From NCBI GenBank assembly GCA_963801275.1, contig CAWDEF010000001.1, positions 3,794,315 through 3,858,314 on the forward strand: DNA of 64,000 nt, written 5' to 3'. The stretch comes from an uncultured Acidobacteriota bacterium. GTDB taxonomy: Bacteria; Acidobacteriota; Thermoanaerobaculia; UBA5066; Gp7-AA6. Below the pieces are notes generated by a model. That model was not told the origin of the DNA. It made no database searches and saw nothing but the letters and a program-made list of their open reading frames with translations. Of the stretch, positions 1 to 8,353 are shown piece by piece (position 1 is the first letter of the stretch; each line of letters starts with the position of its first letter). The position numbers and the translations under genes were made by a program.

Positions 1-481
1 GCGCCCCTGCTTCCCGGCCGCCGCGGACAGGAGGCAGCTCGACGAAGCCCGGTGCGCGGGGAACCTTCTGGAAGGCCGCGAGCAGGGCGGGCGGCGGCGC
101 AACGAGGTTCCGCTTGCGCAGATCGAGCCAGCCCCCGGTCGACCGGACCGTGGCCGCGCGCTCGCCGGCAGCCGACCAGATCTCGTTCTCAATCACGAAT
201 CGGGCACCGTCGGGGCTCATTGCGAGCACGGCGTAGGTGACGGTCACCGTCTCGTGGAGGCCGACCTCGTGGAAGTATTCGAGCTCGTCCTTGCGCATCA
301 CCGGGCCGAGCGCGAGCGCCCGGAATTCCCGAGGCGGGAAGCCGTGCTCGGCGAAAAACGCCATCCGGACGTCGGCCGCCAGGTTGAGGTAGGCCCAGTT
401 CGCCATGTGGCCATTGAAGTCCATCGCGCCCCAGCCCGCGAGAAACTGCCTGGCGTACCGGTCCGAAAAGCTTGAGGTCAT
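1..481 (-). CDS. Hotdog-fold (4HBT-type) acyl-CoA thioesterase-like protein; the 3' end runs off the window, so it is missing from the ORF track
   Basis: My own reverse-strand translation from the ATG (complement of 479-481) gives MTSSFSDRYARQFLAGWGAMDFNGHMANWAYLNLAADVRMAFFAEHGF...VTVTYAVLAMSPDGARFVIENEIW. The frame is open to position 1. The D-x-N-G-H-x-x-N-x-x-Y pattern is typical of 4HBT thioesterases. Confidence 0.55.
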   Translation of the reverse strand, partial: MTSSFSDRYARQFLAGWGAMDFNGHMANWAYLNLAADVRMAFFAEHGFPPREFRALALGPVMRKDELEYFHEVGLHETVTVTYAVLAMSPDGARFVIENEIWSAAGERAATVRSTGGWLDLRKRNLVAPPPALLAAFQKVPRAPGFVELPPVRGGREAGA

Positions 482-517
482 CGCTCGATTCCGAGGCGGG
501 CAAGACTCCACGAAGGG

Positions 518-898
518 TTAGTCATCGCCGGTCGGAACGATTGCGGCCGTTTCAACCATGAGGATGACCGCGCGATCCGGAGCGCGGGTGCGGTGCACGA
601 CGCTTCTCGGGACGACGAACCCCTGTTGGGGCTGCAGATCGACGCTGCGGCCTTCGAGGTCGATGATGAAATGGCCCTCAAGCACGAAGAAGAACTCGTC
701 GTCGTTGTCGTGTTTGTGCCAGTGGTACTCGCCTTGCACCACACCGAGCCGAACCACGGAGTCGTTGACCTTGCACAGGGTTTGGTTGTACCAGCGGTCC
801 TTGCAGGCGCGCACGAGGTCTGGGACGTCCATGGTGGTCAAGGCGGGAAACTTGACGTCGAGGTGGGTGGCGTAGGGAAACGCCCGATCGTTCGGCAT
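518..898 (-). CDS. Cupin domain protein
   Basis: 126 aa. GEYHWHKHDNDDEFFFVLEG matches cupin motif 1 and GFVVPRSVVHRT matches motif 2. It lies 36 nt upstream of the thioesterase-like gene on the same strand. Confidence 0.8.
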   Translation of the reverse strand: MPNDRAFPYATHLDVKFPALTTMDVPDLVRACKDRWYNQTLCKVNDSVVRLGVVQGEYHWHKHDNDDEFFFVLEGHFIIDLEGRSVDLQPQQGFVVPRSVVHRTRAPDRAVILMVETAAIVPTGDD

Positions 899-1227
899 GG
901 ACGGCTCTCCTGGTTACCGAGAGATGACTCCGAAGATTCCTCGGATAGCCTATTCCGAATCACCAAACGAAGCTCGCCGCCGAGTTAACGTTGCTCGGGG
1001 CTGAAGGCCGCGCTGTTTCCCCCAGCGAAGGGAGGAGGCCGTCAGAGGAGCTGAGGGAGTTGGTCAGGCAGACCGGCAAACTCGGCCCGAGCGGCGAGCG
1101 GGCGGCAATCGAAGCGGTGCAGCCACGTGAACGGATCGCGGCCGCCTCCTCGGCACTTCCCCACGACAGTCGGCCTTCCCGGGGGTAGACTCCGGGGCAA
1201 GCGAATCGGATTGGAGGAGGAGGAATC

Positions 1228-2397
1228 ATGCCGGGAAGGATCAGCCGCCGGGAGTTCGTGCGCGCAGGCGCCGCGGCCGGCCTCGCGTCGGGCCGCCCCC
1301 GGGTGCTCTTCGGTCCATCCGGGCCGACGATGATCACGGGCAGGAGCGTGCCGCCGGTCGTGATCTCGTCGGCCAACGGCAACTGGTACAAGAACGGCGG
1401 AACGGTGACGAGCGTCGAGAAAGCCTGGACGCTCATGACGCAGGGCACCGACGTCCTCGACGCACTGATCGAGGGCGTCAACATCAACGAGCTCGATCCC
1501 AAGGACGACAGCGTGGGTTACGGCGGCGCGCCCAACGCCGACGGCGTGGTCCAGCTCGACTCCTGCTGCATGCACGGTCCCCTGAAGCGCGCGGGCGGTG
1601 TGGCGGCGCTCGAAGGCGTCCGGACGCCCTCGAGAGTGGCGCGCGACGTCATGAACAACACGGGCAACCACCTGCTCGTCGGGGCGGGCGCCCAGAAGTT
1701 CGCGCGCGAGATGGGCTATACGATCGAGGACGACCTGAACACCGACCGCTCCCGCAGGCTCTGGCTCGACTGGAAGCGGCGGACGGATCCCAAGCACTGG
1801 CTTCCTCCCAAGGAGCGGGAGATCGTCCTCGACCGGATCCGAAAGGACATGGTGCGTGAGGGCCTGATCTCCTCGCGCCACGCCTACGGCACGATCAACT
1901 GTGATGGAATCAACGCGAAGGGCGAGATCTGCGGCGTGACGACGACCTCGGGCCTCTTCTTCAAGATCCCGGGCCGCGTGGGCGATTCGCCGATTCTCGG
2001 AGCCGGGCTCTACGTGGACGGGAGCGTGGGTGCCGCGGGCTCGACCGGTCGGGGCGAGGCGAATCTCTACAACCTCTCCTCGTATCTGATCGTGGAAGAC
2101 ATGCGGCGCGGCATGCACCCCAGGGACGCCGGAATGGAGGCGCTGAAGCGCATCAAGGCCAACACGGTCGAGAAGCGCCTACGCAAGCCCAACGGCGACC
2201 CCAACTTCAACGTCAACTTCTACGCCCTCAACGCCCGCGGCGAGTATGCCGGCGTCGCGATGTATGCCGAAGACGAGGAAGAGCGGGACTGGGCGGGCGA
2301 GCTGGGGCGGCGCGTCCGCTTCGCCGTCTGCACGGAGAAGGGTCCGCAGACTCTGCAGGTCGAGGCGCTGCTTCCCAGAACGCCGACCGGGGACTGA
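1228..2397 (+). CDS. Ntn-hydrolase asparaginase family protein (glycosylasparaginase / isoaspartyl peptidase-like), secreted
   Basis: GGAGGAGGAGGA ribosome-binding site before the ATG. Tat-like leader SRREFVRAGAAAG. Asparaginase_2 signatures are present: GYGGAPNADG, HAYGTINCDG (autoprocessing Thr context) and GAAGSTGRGE. Confidence 0.8.
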   Translation: MPGRISRREFVRAGAAAGLASGRPRVLFGPSGPTMITGRSVPPVVISSANGNWYKNGGTVTSVEKAWTLMTQGTDVLDALIEGVNINELDPKDDSVGYGGAPNADGVVQLDSCCMHGPLKRAGGVAALEGVRTPSRVARDVMNNTGNHLLVGAGAQKFAREMGYTIEDDLNTDRSRRLWLDWKRRTDPKHWLPPKEREIVLDRIRKDMVREGLISSRHAYGTINCDGINAKGEICGVTTTSGLFFKIPGRVGDSPILGAGLYVDGSVGAAGSTGRGEANLYNLSSYLIVEDMRRGMHPRDAGMEALKRIKANTVEKRLRKPNGDPNFNVNFYALNARGEYAGVAMYAEDEEERDWAGELGRRVRFAVCTEKGPQTLQVEALLPRTPTGD

Positions 2398-2417
2398 CGG
2401 CCCGGCGGAGCGACGTC

Positions 2418-3224
2418 CTAGGCAATGATCACGCCGGCGTAGCCCACGACACTCGAGGTGTCCCCTGTCTCGTCGCCGCTGTCGCGGCGGGCGACGACCG
2501 TCGCCGCGTGCGCACGAAGCTCCCGCGCGGCGAAAAGCAGCGCCGTCGCGGGCAGCACGCCGCACATGGAGATCCGGCCGCCGATCACGGTCGTGAAGAG
2601 CCCCTCGGGGTCCAGGGCCTCGACGCGCGCGAGGGCCCGCGCGTCTTTCTCCTGGCCGATCCGGCGCGACTCGTAGTGGTTCATGTCCGAGGAAGCGAGG
2701 ATCAGAGGACGCTCCGCCTCCTCGGAGACCAGGCGCGCCGCGGCCACGCCGATCTCCCGGCACAGGTCGAGGTCGTGCGCCCCGATCGAGACGGGCACCA
2801 AGCGGATGTCCGGCCTCAGGACCTGGAGAAAGGGAAGCTGGACCTCGAGGGCGTGCTCGCGCGCGTGGGCCGCCGCGTCCTCCTCGAGCGAGGGCGCGAG
2901 CGCGAGCAGGCGCCCGGCCAGGCGCCGGTCGACCGGAACCTCGCCCAGGGGAGTCGCCCAGGCCTCCGAGGGGTCGAGCGCCGCCGGGCGGCCGCGCCCG
3001 GTGTGGTTCGGACAGAAGATGATCGCGGCCGGAGGCAGCGCAATCCGCGCGTAGACGGCGCCGGCCACCGGCCCCGAGTAGACGTAACCGGCGTGGGGGA
3101 CGATCGCTCCGATCGCCGGCTCGGGCCGCAGTCCCTCCGGCAGGTGCGCCCGCACATCGGCCTCGAGGCGATCGCGCCGCCTCTCGTAGAAGGTGCCGGC
3201 GACGGCGGGCGGGCGGATGGACAC
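2418..3224 (-). CDS. MEMO1-family protein (AmmeMemoRadiSam system protein B-like)
   Basis: 268 aa with a GTG start. N-terminal PAVAGTFY and HAGYVYSG motifs plus the overall pattern are typical of the Memo / AmmeMemoRadiSam B family. Confidence 0.8.
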   Translation of the reverse strand: MSIRPPAVAGTFYERRRDRLEADVRAHLPEGLRPEPAIGAIVPHAGYVYSGPVAGAVYARIALPPAAIIFCPNHTGRGRPAALDPSEAWATPLGEVPVDRRLAGRLLALAPSLEEDAAAHAREHALEVQLPFLQVLRPDIRLVPVSIGAHDLDLCREIGVAAARLVSEEAERPLILASSDMNHYESRRIGQEKDARALARVEALDPEGLFTTVIGGRISMCGVLPATALLFAARELRAHAATVVARRDSGDETGDTSSVVGYAGVIIA

Positions 3225-3231
3225 GGGCCGG

Positions 3232-4053
3232 TCAGTTCACGATCAGAGTCGAGTCGGCGCTCAGGGTTCCGACCTGCGCACGGATCGTGGCGACCCCGGC
3301 CTTGTGGCCCGAAGCGACGCCCGCCGCGTCCACGGACGCGACCGCCTCGTCGGAAGAGCTGAATCGGGCCGTCGCTTCCTCGATCTCGCGGCCGTCGGCT
3401 CCGAAGACGGAGACGTGATAGTGCTGCGAGTCTCCCACGCGCACGAGCGCCGTGGCGGGCAGCAGCACGACGCGCGAGATCGTGCGCGTGTCGACGACGA
3501 TCTCCGCTTCGGCCTGGAGGTCCCCGACCTTCGCCGTGACCGTGGCCCTGCCCGCGCCGGTGGCAGTGACCACACCGTTCGACGAGACGGCGGCGACGCC
3601 CTCGGCCGATGAGCTCCAGGCCACCGGAACCGTGACCGTCTGGTCCTTCGAATTCTTGACCGCCACCTGGAGGGTCGCGGTCGTCCCGGGCGGCCCGATG
3701 AGCCGGGCCGACACGGGCTTGATCTCGACCGCCTTGATGTCCAGGACTTCGACAGAAACCGGCGTCGAGAGTTTTTCGAGACTCGCGGTGACGACTGCTT
3801 TCCCCTCCTTCTTCGACAGGAGGCGTCCGCTCGCGTCGACCTCCACGACGTCGGGTCGGGAAGACGCCCAGGTCGGCGCGGGCGACTCCTCGAACGTCTG
3901 GCCCTTCCGGTCCAGGACCTGCGCCGTGAGCCGCTGCGGCTGCTCGAGGCCGTAGATCTTGACTCTGGTGGGAGTGACCCGGATCGAAGCGGGTTTGCGG
4001 CCGCAGGCGAGCGTCGCGGCGCAGAAGATGACCAGGCAGAGGCGGTTGCGCAT
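3232..4053 (-). CDS. Lipoprotein with tandem bacterial Ig-like (Big_2) domains
   Basis: Signal peptide plus lipobox-like TLAC-G. Three roughly 80-aa segments show the Big_2 pattern (e.g. VDASGRLLSKKEGKAVVTAS, VSSNGVVTATGAGRATVTAK, VDAAGVASGHKAGVATIRAQ). The stop is 7 nt before the Memo-like gene start. Confidence 0.7.
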   Translation of the reverse strand: MRNRLCLVIFCAATLACGRKPASIRVTPTRVKIYGLEQPQRLTAQVLDRKGQTFEESPAPTWASSRPDVVEVDASGRLLSKKEGKAVVTASLEKLSTPVSVEVLDIKAVEIKPVSARLIGPPGTTATLQVAVKNSKDQTVTVPVAWSSSAEGVAAVSSNGVVTATGAGRATVTAKVGDLQAEAEIVVDTRTISRVVLLPATALVRVGDSQHYHVSVFGADGREIEEATARFSSSDEAVASVDAAGVASGHKAGVATIRAQVGTLSADSTLIVN

Positions 4054-4129
4054 GGGGCGAGCGTCCTCCGAGTGTTTCTAAAATGATAACAGGCGCCGCC
4101 GGCGCGCGTAAGGGCCGCGGCCGAGGCCC

Positions 4130-4798
4130 TCACATCCGCCGCAGGATGCGCCTGGCCCGCAGCTCGACGCGGCGCGGATACCGGACCGGGTCGTAGATTC
4201 GGGGAGAAGGGATGACGGCCGCCAGTGTCGCAGCCTCCTCGACGGAGAGGTCGGCGGCGGGCTTGCCGAAGTACCGGCGTGCGGCCGCCTCCGCGCCGTA
4301 CGTTCGCCTTCCGAACTGGATGACGTTCAGATACAACTCGAGGATCCGCCTCTTGGAAAGAGCCTTCTCCAGGCGCCGCGCGATCGCCCATTCGCGCAGC
4401 TTCCGAAAGGGCGACCGCGCCGGGGAGAGATAGAGGTTCTTGGCGAGCTGCTGCGTGATCGTGGAGCCTCCATGCACAAGCCGCTTGCGTTTCCAGTCCT
4501 TTTCGAAGGCCTCGCGCACGGCGTCCCAGTCGACCCCTTCGTGCGACCAGAAGCGCCCATCCTCCGCCACGATGGCCGCCCGGGCCAGGGCCGGAGCGAT
4601 CCGGGACAGCGGCACGGGCGAGTACTCCAGGCGCGTGCTCTCGCCCCGGCGGGCAAGCTCGATCTTGCGCCGTTCCATGAAGGCGGTCGTCTTCGGAAAG
4701 GCCGTCGCGAGCGGGCGCACGTCGGGAAGGGTGCCGTAGAAGAGCGCAGCCGCCGCAACGAAGCCGGCGCCGCAGAGAAGCAAGGCGCGGCGGAGCAC
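4130..4798 (-). CDS. mtgA: Monofunctional peptidoglycan glycosyltransferase
   Basis: 222 aa with a single N-terminal TM. GT51 motifs AEDGRFWSHEGVD and GGSTITQQLAKN are present. There is no transpeptidase domain. Confidence 0.85.
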   Translation of the reverse strand: MLRRALLLCGAGFVAAAALFYGTLPDVRPLATAFPKTTAFMERRKIELARRGESTRLEYSPVPLSRIAPALARAAIVAEDGRFWSHEGVDWDAVREAFEKDWKRKRLVHGGSTITQQLAKNLYLSPARSPFRKLREWAIARRLEKALSKRRILELYLNVIQFGRRTYGAEAAARRYFGKPAADLSVEEAATLAAVIPSPRIYDPVRYPRRVELRARRILRRM

Positions 4799-4821
4799 CG
4801 AAAGGAAACGGTGCGGGACGA

Positions 4822-6165
4822 CTAGGACCTGGCCGCCGTGAGCGCCCGCCGAAGCTTCCGGACGCCCTCGTCCGCCTCATCCTTCGTCAGGATGAGGTGT
4901 GGGCGGAAGCGCACGGCGCTCGCCCCGGAGGCGAGCGCCATGAGGCCGTTGTCCAGGCACGCCGCCAGAGTCTTGTCACGCATCGGCTTGTCGGGCAGGT
5001 CGAAGGCGATGAAGAGGCCGCGTCCGCGGACATTCGACATGACGCCGGAAAACTCCTGGGCGAGCTCGCGCAGACGCGCCTGCAGGTGCTCTCCCACGAC
5101 GCGCGCGTTCTCGATCAGTTTCTCTTCCTCGATGATCTCGAGGTACTTCGCGCACCGAACCATGTCGACGAGATTTCCTCCCCACGTGGAATTGATGCGC
5201 GAGGACACCCGGAAGACGTTGTCCGGCACGTCGTCGATCCGGTGGGTCGAAGCGAAACCGCAGACCTGGGTCTTCTTGCCGAACGCGAACATGTCCGGCT
5301 CGACCCCCATCTGCTGCCAGGCCCACATGGAACCGGTCAGGCCGACGCCCGTCTGGATCTCGTCGAAGATCAGGAGGAACTCGAGCTCGTCGGCCAGAGC
5401 CCGCAGCCGCCGAAAGAGCTCCGGCCGGAAGTGGTTGTCCCCGCCCTCGCCCTGGATGGGCTCGAGGATCAGGGCGGCGATGTCGTCGGGGCTCGCTGCG
5501 CAGGCGGCACGGACCTCGCGCTCGACGGTCTCCTCGGCGGCGGCCGTGTCGCGCAGGACCTGTTCGGTGATCGGGAAGGAGAGGCGCGGGCAGGTCAGGC
5601 GCGGCCAGTCGAACTTCGGGAAGTACTGCGTCTTGCGCGGATCGGCGGTGTTTGTCAGAGACAGGGAGTACCCCGAGCGGCCGTGGAACGCGTTGCGGAA
5701 ATGCAGGACCTTCGTGCCCTTCTCGCCCTTCCCGCGTGCCAGGTTCTTGCGCACTTTCCAATCGAAGGCCGTTTTGAGGGTGTTTTCAATCGCGAGCGTG
5801 CCGCCCTCGACGAAGAACTGGTGGTCGCGGTGCGTGGGAGGGACGGCGAGCGCGGAAAAGGTCTCGACGAACCGGGCGAAGTGCTCCGTGTAGATGTCGC
5901 TCGTCGAGGGCTTCGTCAGCGCCGCCTGCAGCAGCGCCTCCCGGAACTCGGGGTCCTCCATTTTCGGGTGGTTGTAGCCGACGGGAAGGGTCGCGAAGCA
6001 GGAGAAGAAGTCGAGGATCGGCCGCTCGCTGCGGGCGTCGTAGAGATAGGAGCCGCGGCTCCGCTGCATGTCCATGACGACGTGGTACCCGTCCACGAGA
6101 ATGTGGCGGGACAGGACGTCGAGCACGTTCTTGGGGGACAGCTCGGTCAGGGTCGTGGAACTCAT
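4822..6165 (-). CDS. lat: Class-III aminotransferase, L-lysine 6-transaminase-like
   Basis: The track ORF is 4822-6228. I prefer the internal ATG (complement 6163-6165, MSSTTLTELSPKNVLDVLSRHILVDGYHVV...). PLP-enzyme motifs are present (LIFDEIQTGVGLTG, FAFGKK), and the N-terminal region and length are typical of lysine epsilon-aminotransferases. Confidence 0.7.
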   Translation of the reverse strand: MSSTTLTELSPKNVLDVLSRHILVDGYHVVMDMQRSRGSYLYDARSERPILDFFSCFATLPVGYNHPKMEDPEFREALLQAALTKPSTSDIYTEHFARFVETFSALAVPPTHRDHQFFVEGGTLAIENTLKTAFDWKVRKNLARGKGEKGTKVLHFRNAFHGRSGYSLSLTNTADPRKTQYFPKFDWPRLTCPRLSFPITEQVLRDTAAAEETVEREVRAACAASPDDIAALILEPIQGEGGDNHFRPELFRRLRALADELEFLLIFDEIQTGVGLTGSMWAWQQMGVEPDMFAFGKKTQVCGFASTHRIDDVPDNVFRVSSRINSTWGGNLVDMVRCAKYLEIIEEEKLIENARVVGEHLQARLRELAQEFSGVMSNVRGRGLFIAFDLPDKPMRDKTLAACLDNGLMALASGASAVRFRPHLILTKDEADEGVRKLRRALTAARS

Positions 6166-6295
6166 GAGCACCTCGCGGCTGAAGGCCAAAAACCGCGGAA
6201 CGCTACCATTTTTCCCGGCGACTTCCAACCCCGTGCCGCCGCAACCCGCAGCCCTTCGGAAGGGCTCCGAAGACGGGAAACCTCCGAAGTGGCTC

Positions 6296-7441
6296 CTACG
6301 ACAAGAGAACGGCCGGAATCTTGCGGTCGTCGGGCTCGGCGGCGGCGGAGCGGTCCTTGCCGTGCTGCTTGGCCCGGTACAATGCAGCGTCGGCCGAGCG
6401 CAGCAGCTCGTTCTTCTGCTGTTCGACCGAGGCCGCCGGTGTGGCGTGCGAGCGGATGGAGGAGACCCCGAGAGATGCGGTGATCCGGCCGTGCAGATTC
6501 AGGGCGGGCTCGTTGAAGCCGTACGGCCGCGAGAGAAACGTGGCGCTCCGGATGGCTTCGCGGATCACTTCGGCAGCCTGTACGCCGTCCCGCAGCGCGT
6601 GGCCGGGAAGAATCAGCACGAACTCATCGCCGCCATATCGGGTCAGTGTCGCGCGCTCATCGGTCACCGTTCGCTTCAGGAGGTATCCGACCTCGCGCAG
6701 GACCTGACTTCCCGCCAGATGCCCGTGGTGGTCGTTGACGTGCTTCAGGTTGTCCAGATCCAGGAAGATCACGCACAGGTCGCCGCCGTCGCGGCTGATC
6801 CGGGAAAGCTCCTGCGTCAGCCGCAGGTGGAGATATCGCTCGTTGTAGAGGCCGGTCAGGCCGTCCCGTTTGGCGACCTCGTAGGCGCGCCGCGCATCGA
6901 GCAGGTTCTGGATCGAGATGGAGGCGTAGTCGGCGAAGATCTCGAGCAGCCTCCGGTCCTTGTCGCGGAACCCCCCCGGTCCGTTGCGATTGACCAGCTC
7001 CAGCACGCCGCAGACCGAGGCCTCGATCCGGATCGGCACGCCGAGGATCGACCGGGTCTCGAAGCCGTCCGAAAGGTCCGGCGTCGGGTAGAAGAAAGGA
7101 TCCCCGACGACGTCGTCGGTCATGTAGGCGACGCCGGTCGCGTAGACGTGGCCGACGATCCCGGTGCGAGCGGGCATCCGCTTGGCCAGCCGCCGCTCCG
7201 CGTTTCCGCCGAAGGCCGCGATGAAGACGAGCTCGTTCTCGAGCCGGTCGTCTGAGTTCTTGGTCAGCGGGTCATCGAGCAAGATCGAGCCCGCCTCGGA
7301 GGGAACGAACTCGTTGGCCTTCTGCAGGATTTCGCGCAGAAAGCGATCGATCTCGATCTCGCCCGAATAGGTGTAGTAGGCCTTGTGACGCTCGAGGAAG
7401 TTCTCGAGGCGCCGGTTCTCGAGCGTCAGGACTTGCAGCAC
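6296..7441 (-). CDS. GAF-domain diguanylate cyclase (GGDEF)
   Basis: GTG start. N-terminal GAF-like region, then GLTGLYNERYL...FLDLDNLKHVNDHHGH...RYGGDEFVLILPG (intact GGDEF). No canonical RxxD I-site five residues upstream (the sequence there is DERA). Confidence 0.85.
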   Translation of the reverse strand: MLQVLTLENRRLENFLERHKAYYTYSGEIEIDRFLREILQKANEFVPSEAGSILLDDPLTKNSDDRLENELVFIAAFGGNAERRLAKRMPARTGIVGHVYATGVAYMTDDVVGDPFFYPTPDLSDGFETRSILGVPIRIEASVCGVLELVNRNGPGGFRDKDRRLLEIFADYASISIQNLLDARRAYEVAKRDGLTGLYNERYLHLRLTQELSRISRDGGDLCVIFLDLDNLKHVNDHHGHLAGSQVLREVGYLLKRTVTDERATLTRYGGDEFVLILPGHALRDGVQAAEVIREAIRSATFLSRPYGFNEPALNLHGRITASLGVSSIRSHATPAASVEQQKNELLRSADAALYRAKQHGKDRSAAAEPDDRKIPAVLLS

Positions 7442-7450
7442 GGGAACGCC

Positions 7451-7479
7451 TTGAATCCCCGAATTTTACCATCTGATAG
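7451..7479 (+). promoter_or_regulatory. Candidate sigma70-type promoter for rsmA (TTGAAT-N17-TGATAG)
   Basis: The hexamers are at 7451-7456 and 7474-7479 with a 17-nt spacer, inside the 48-nt divergent gap between the GGDEF gene and rsmA. Pattern match only. Confidence 0.3.
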
Positions 7480-7489
7480 CCTCCCGGTC

Positions 7490-8353
7490 GTGCCTCGGGA
7501 GGCCGATTCCGGAACGCGCCGCCGGAAGCCTCGCCCGGCGATCCCGGCCCGAAAGCGCTGGGGCCAGCACTTCCTGGCCGGGCCGGCGGACGCCGAGCGG
7601 ATCCTCGAAGCCGCTCGTCTGGCCGCCTCCGACACCGTCCTCGAGGTGGGCCCGGGCGACGGGGCCCTGACCCGTGGGATCGCCGGGCGCTGCTCGCGGC
7701 TCGGTGCCGTCGAGATCGATCCGATGCGTGCGCAAGCCCTGGCTCGGGAGTTCGCGGGGAACCCGCGCGTCGAGATCGTACGAGGCGACATCCTGGAGAA
7801 GAGCTACGGAGACTGGCTCGCCGGGTTCGGGTGGGAGGGACCCGCAGTGCTGATCGGCAATCTTCCCTACAACGCCGCGACCCCCATCCTGTCGCGGGCG
7901 ATCGAAGAGCCGCAAGCGATCTCGCGGGCCGTCGCAACCGTGCAACGCGAAGTCGCCCGAAGGTTCGCCGCGGGGCCGGGCGCGGCGGAATACGGGTACC
8001 TCTCCGTGCGCGCGGCCGCCTTCGCGCGCCCGCGCCTCCTGTTCGACTTGCCGCCCTCCGCGTTCCGGCCCCGGCCGAGGGTGGTTTCGAGCGTCCTGGA
8101 GCTCTCGCCGCGAACACCGGCGCTCGATCCGATCCTTCGACGCCGCGCGCTCGGTCTGGCCTCGCTCGGGTTCCGCAGCCGGCGCAAGACCCTGGCCAAC
8201 GCCCTCCGCGCCGCCGGGCCGCGGACGGTCTGGGAAGAGGCCCTGACCGCCATCGGCAAGAGCGCGAAGGCGCGAGCGGAGGAACTCTCCCTCGAAGACT
8301 ACCTGGAGCTCGCGCGGCGGGCGCCGGCAGCCCCGGGGGGTGAGCCCGCGTGA
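7490..8353 (+). CDS. rsmA: 16S rRNA (adenine1518/1519-N6)-dimethyltransferase
   Basis: Motifs RKRWGQHFL, LEVGPGDGALT (SAM site) and IGNLPYNAATPIL. The track start at 7385 would overlap the divergent GGDEF gene, so I chose the in-frame GTG at 7490. The start remains uncertain. Confidence 0.85.
   Translation: MPREADSGTRRRKPRPAIPARKRWGQHFLAGPADAERILEAARLAASDTVLEVGPGDGALTRGIAGRCSRLGAVEIDPMRAQALAREFAGNPRVEIVRGDILEKSYGDWLAGFGWEGPAVLIGNLPYNAATPILSRAIEEPQAISRAVATVQREVARRFAAGPGAAEYGYLSVRAAAFARPRLLFDLPPSAFRPRPRVVSSVLELSPRTPALDPILRRRALGLASLGFRSRRKTLANALRAAGPRTVWEEALTAIGKSAKARAEELSLEDYLELARRAPAAPGGEPA

Noticed and set aside
6249-6265. An AGCCCTT-CGG-AAGGGCT hairpin downstream of the GGDEF gene as a possible terminator
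   Set aside because: It is a 7-bp stem with no U-tract in the transcribed (minus) orientation. The evidence is weak.
7385-7489. The ATG at 7385 as the rsmA start (322-aa version)
   Set aside because: It would overlap the divergent GGDEF gene's first 19 codons and add about 60 residues upstream of the conserved RKRWGQHFL N-terminal motif. The in-frame GTG at 7490 is more plausible, though unproven.
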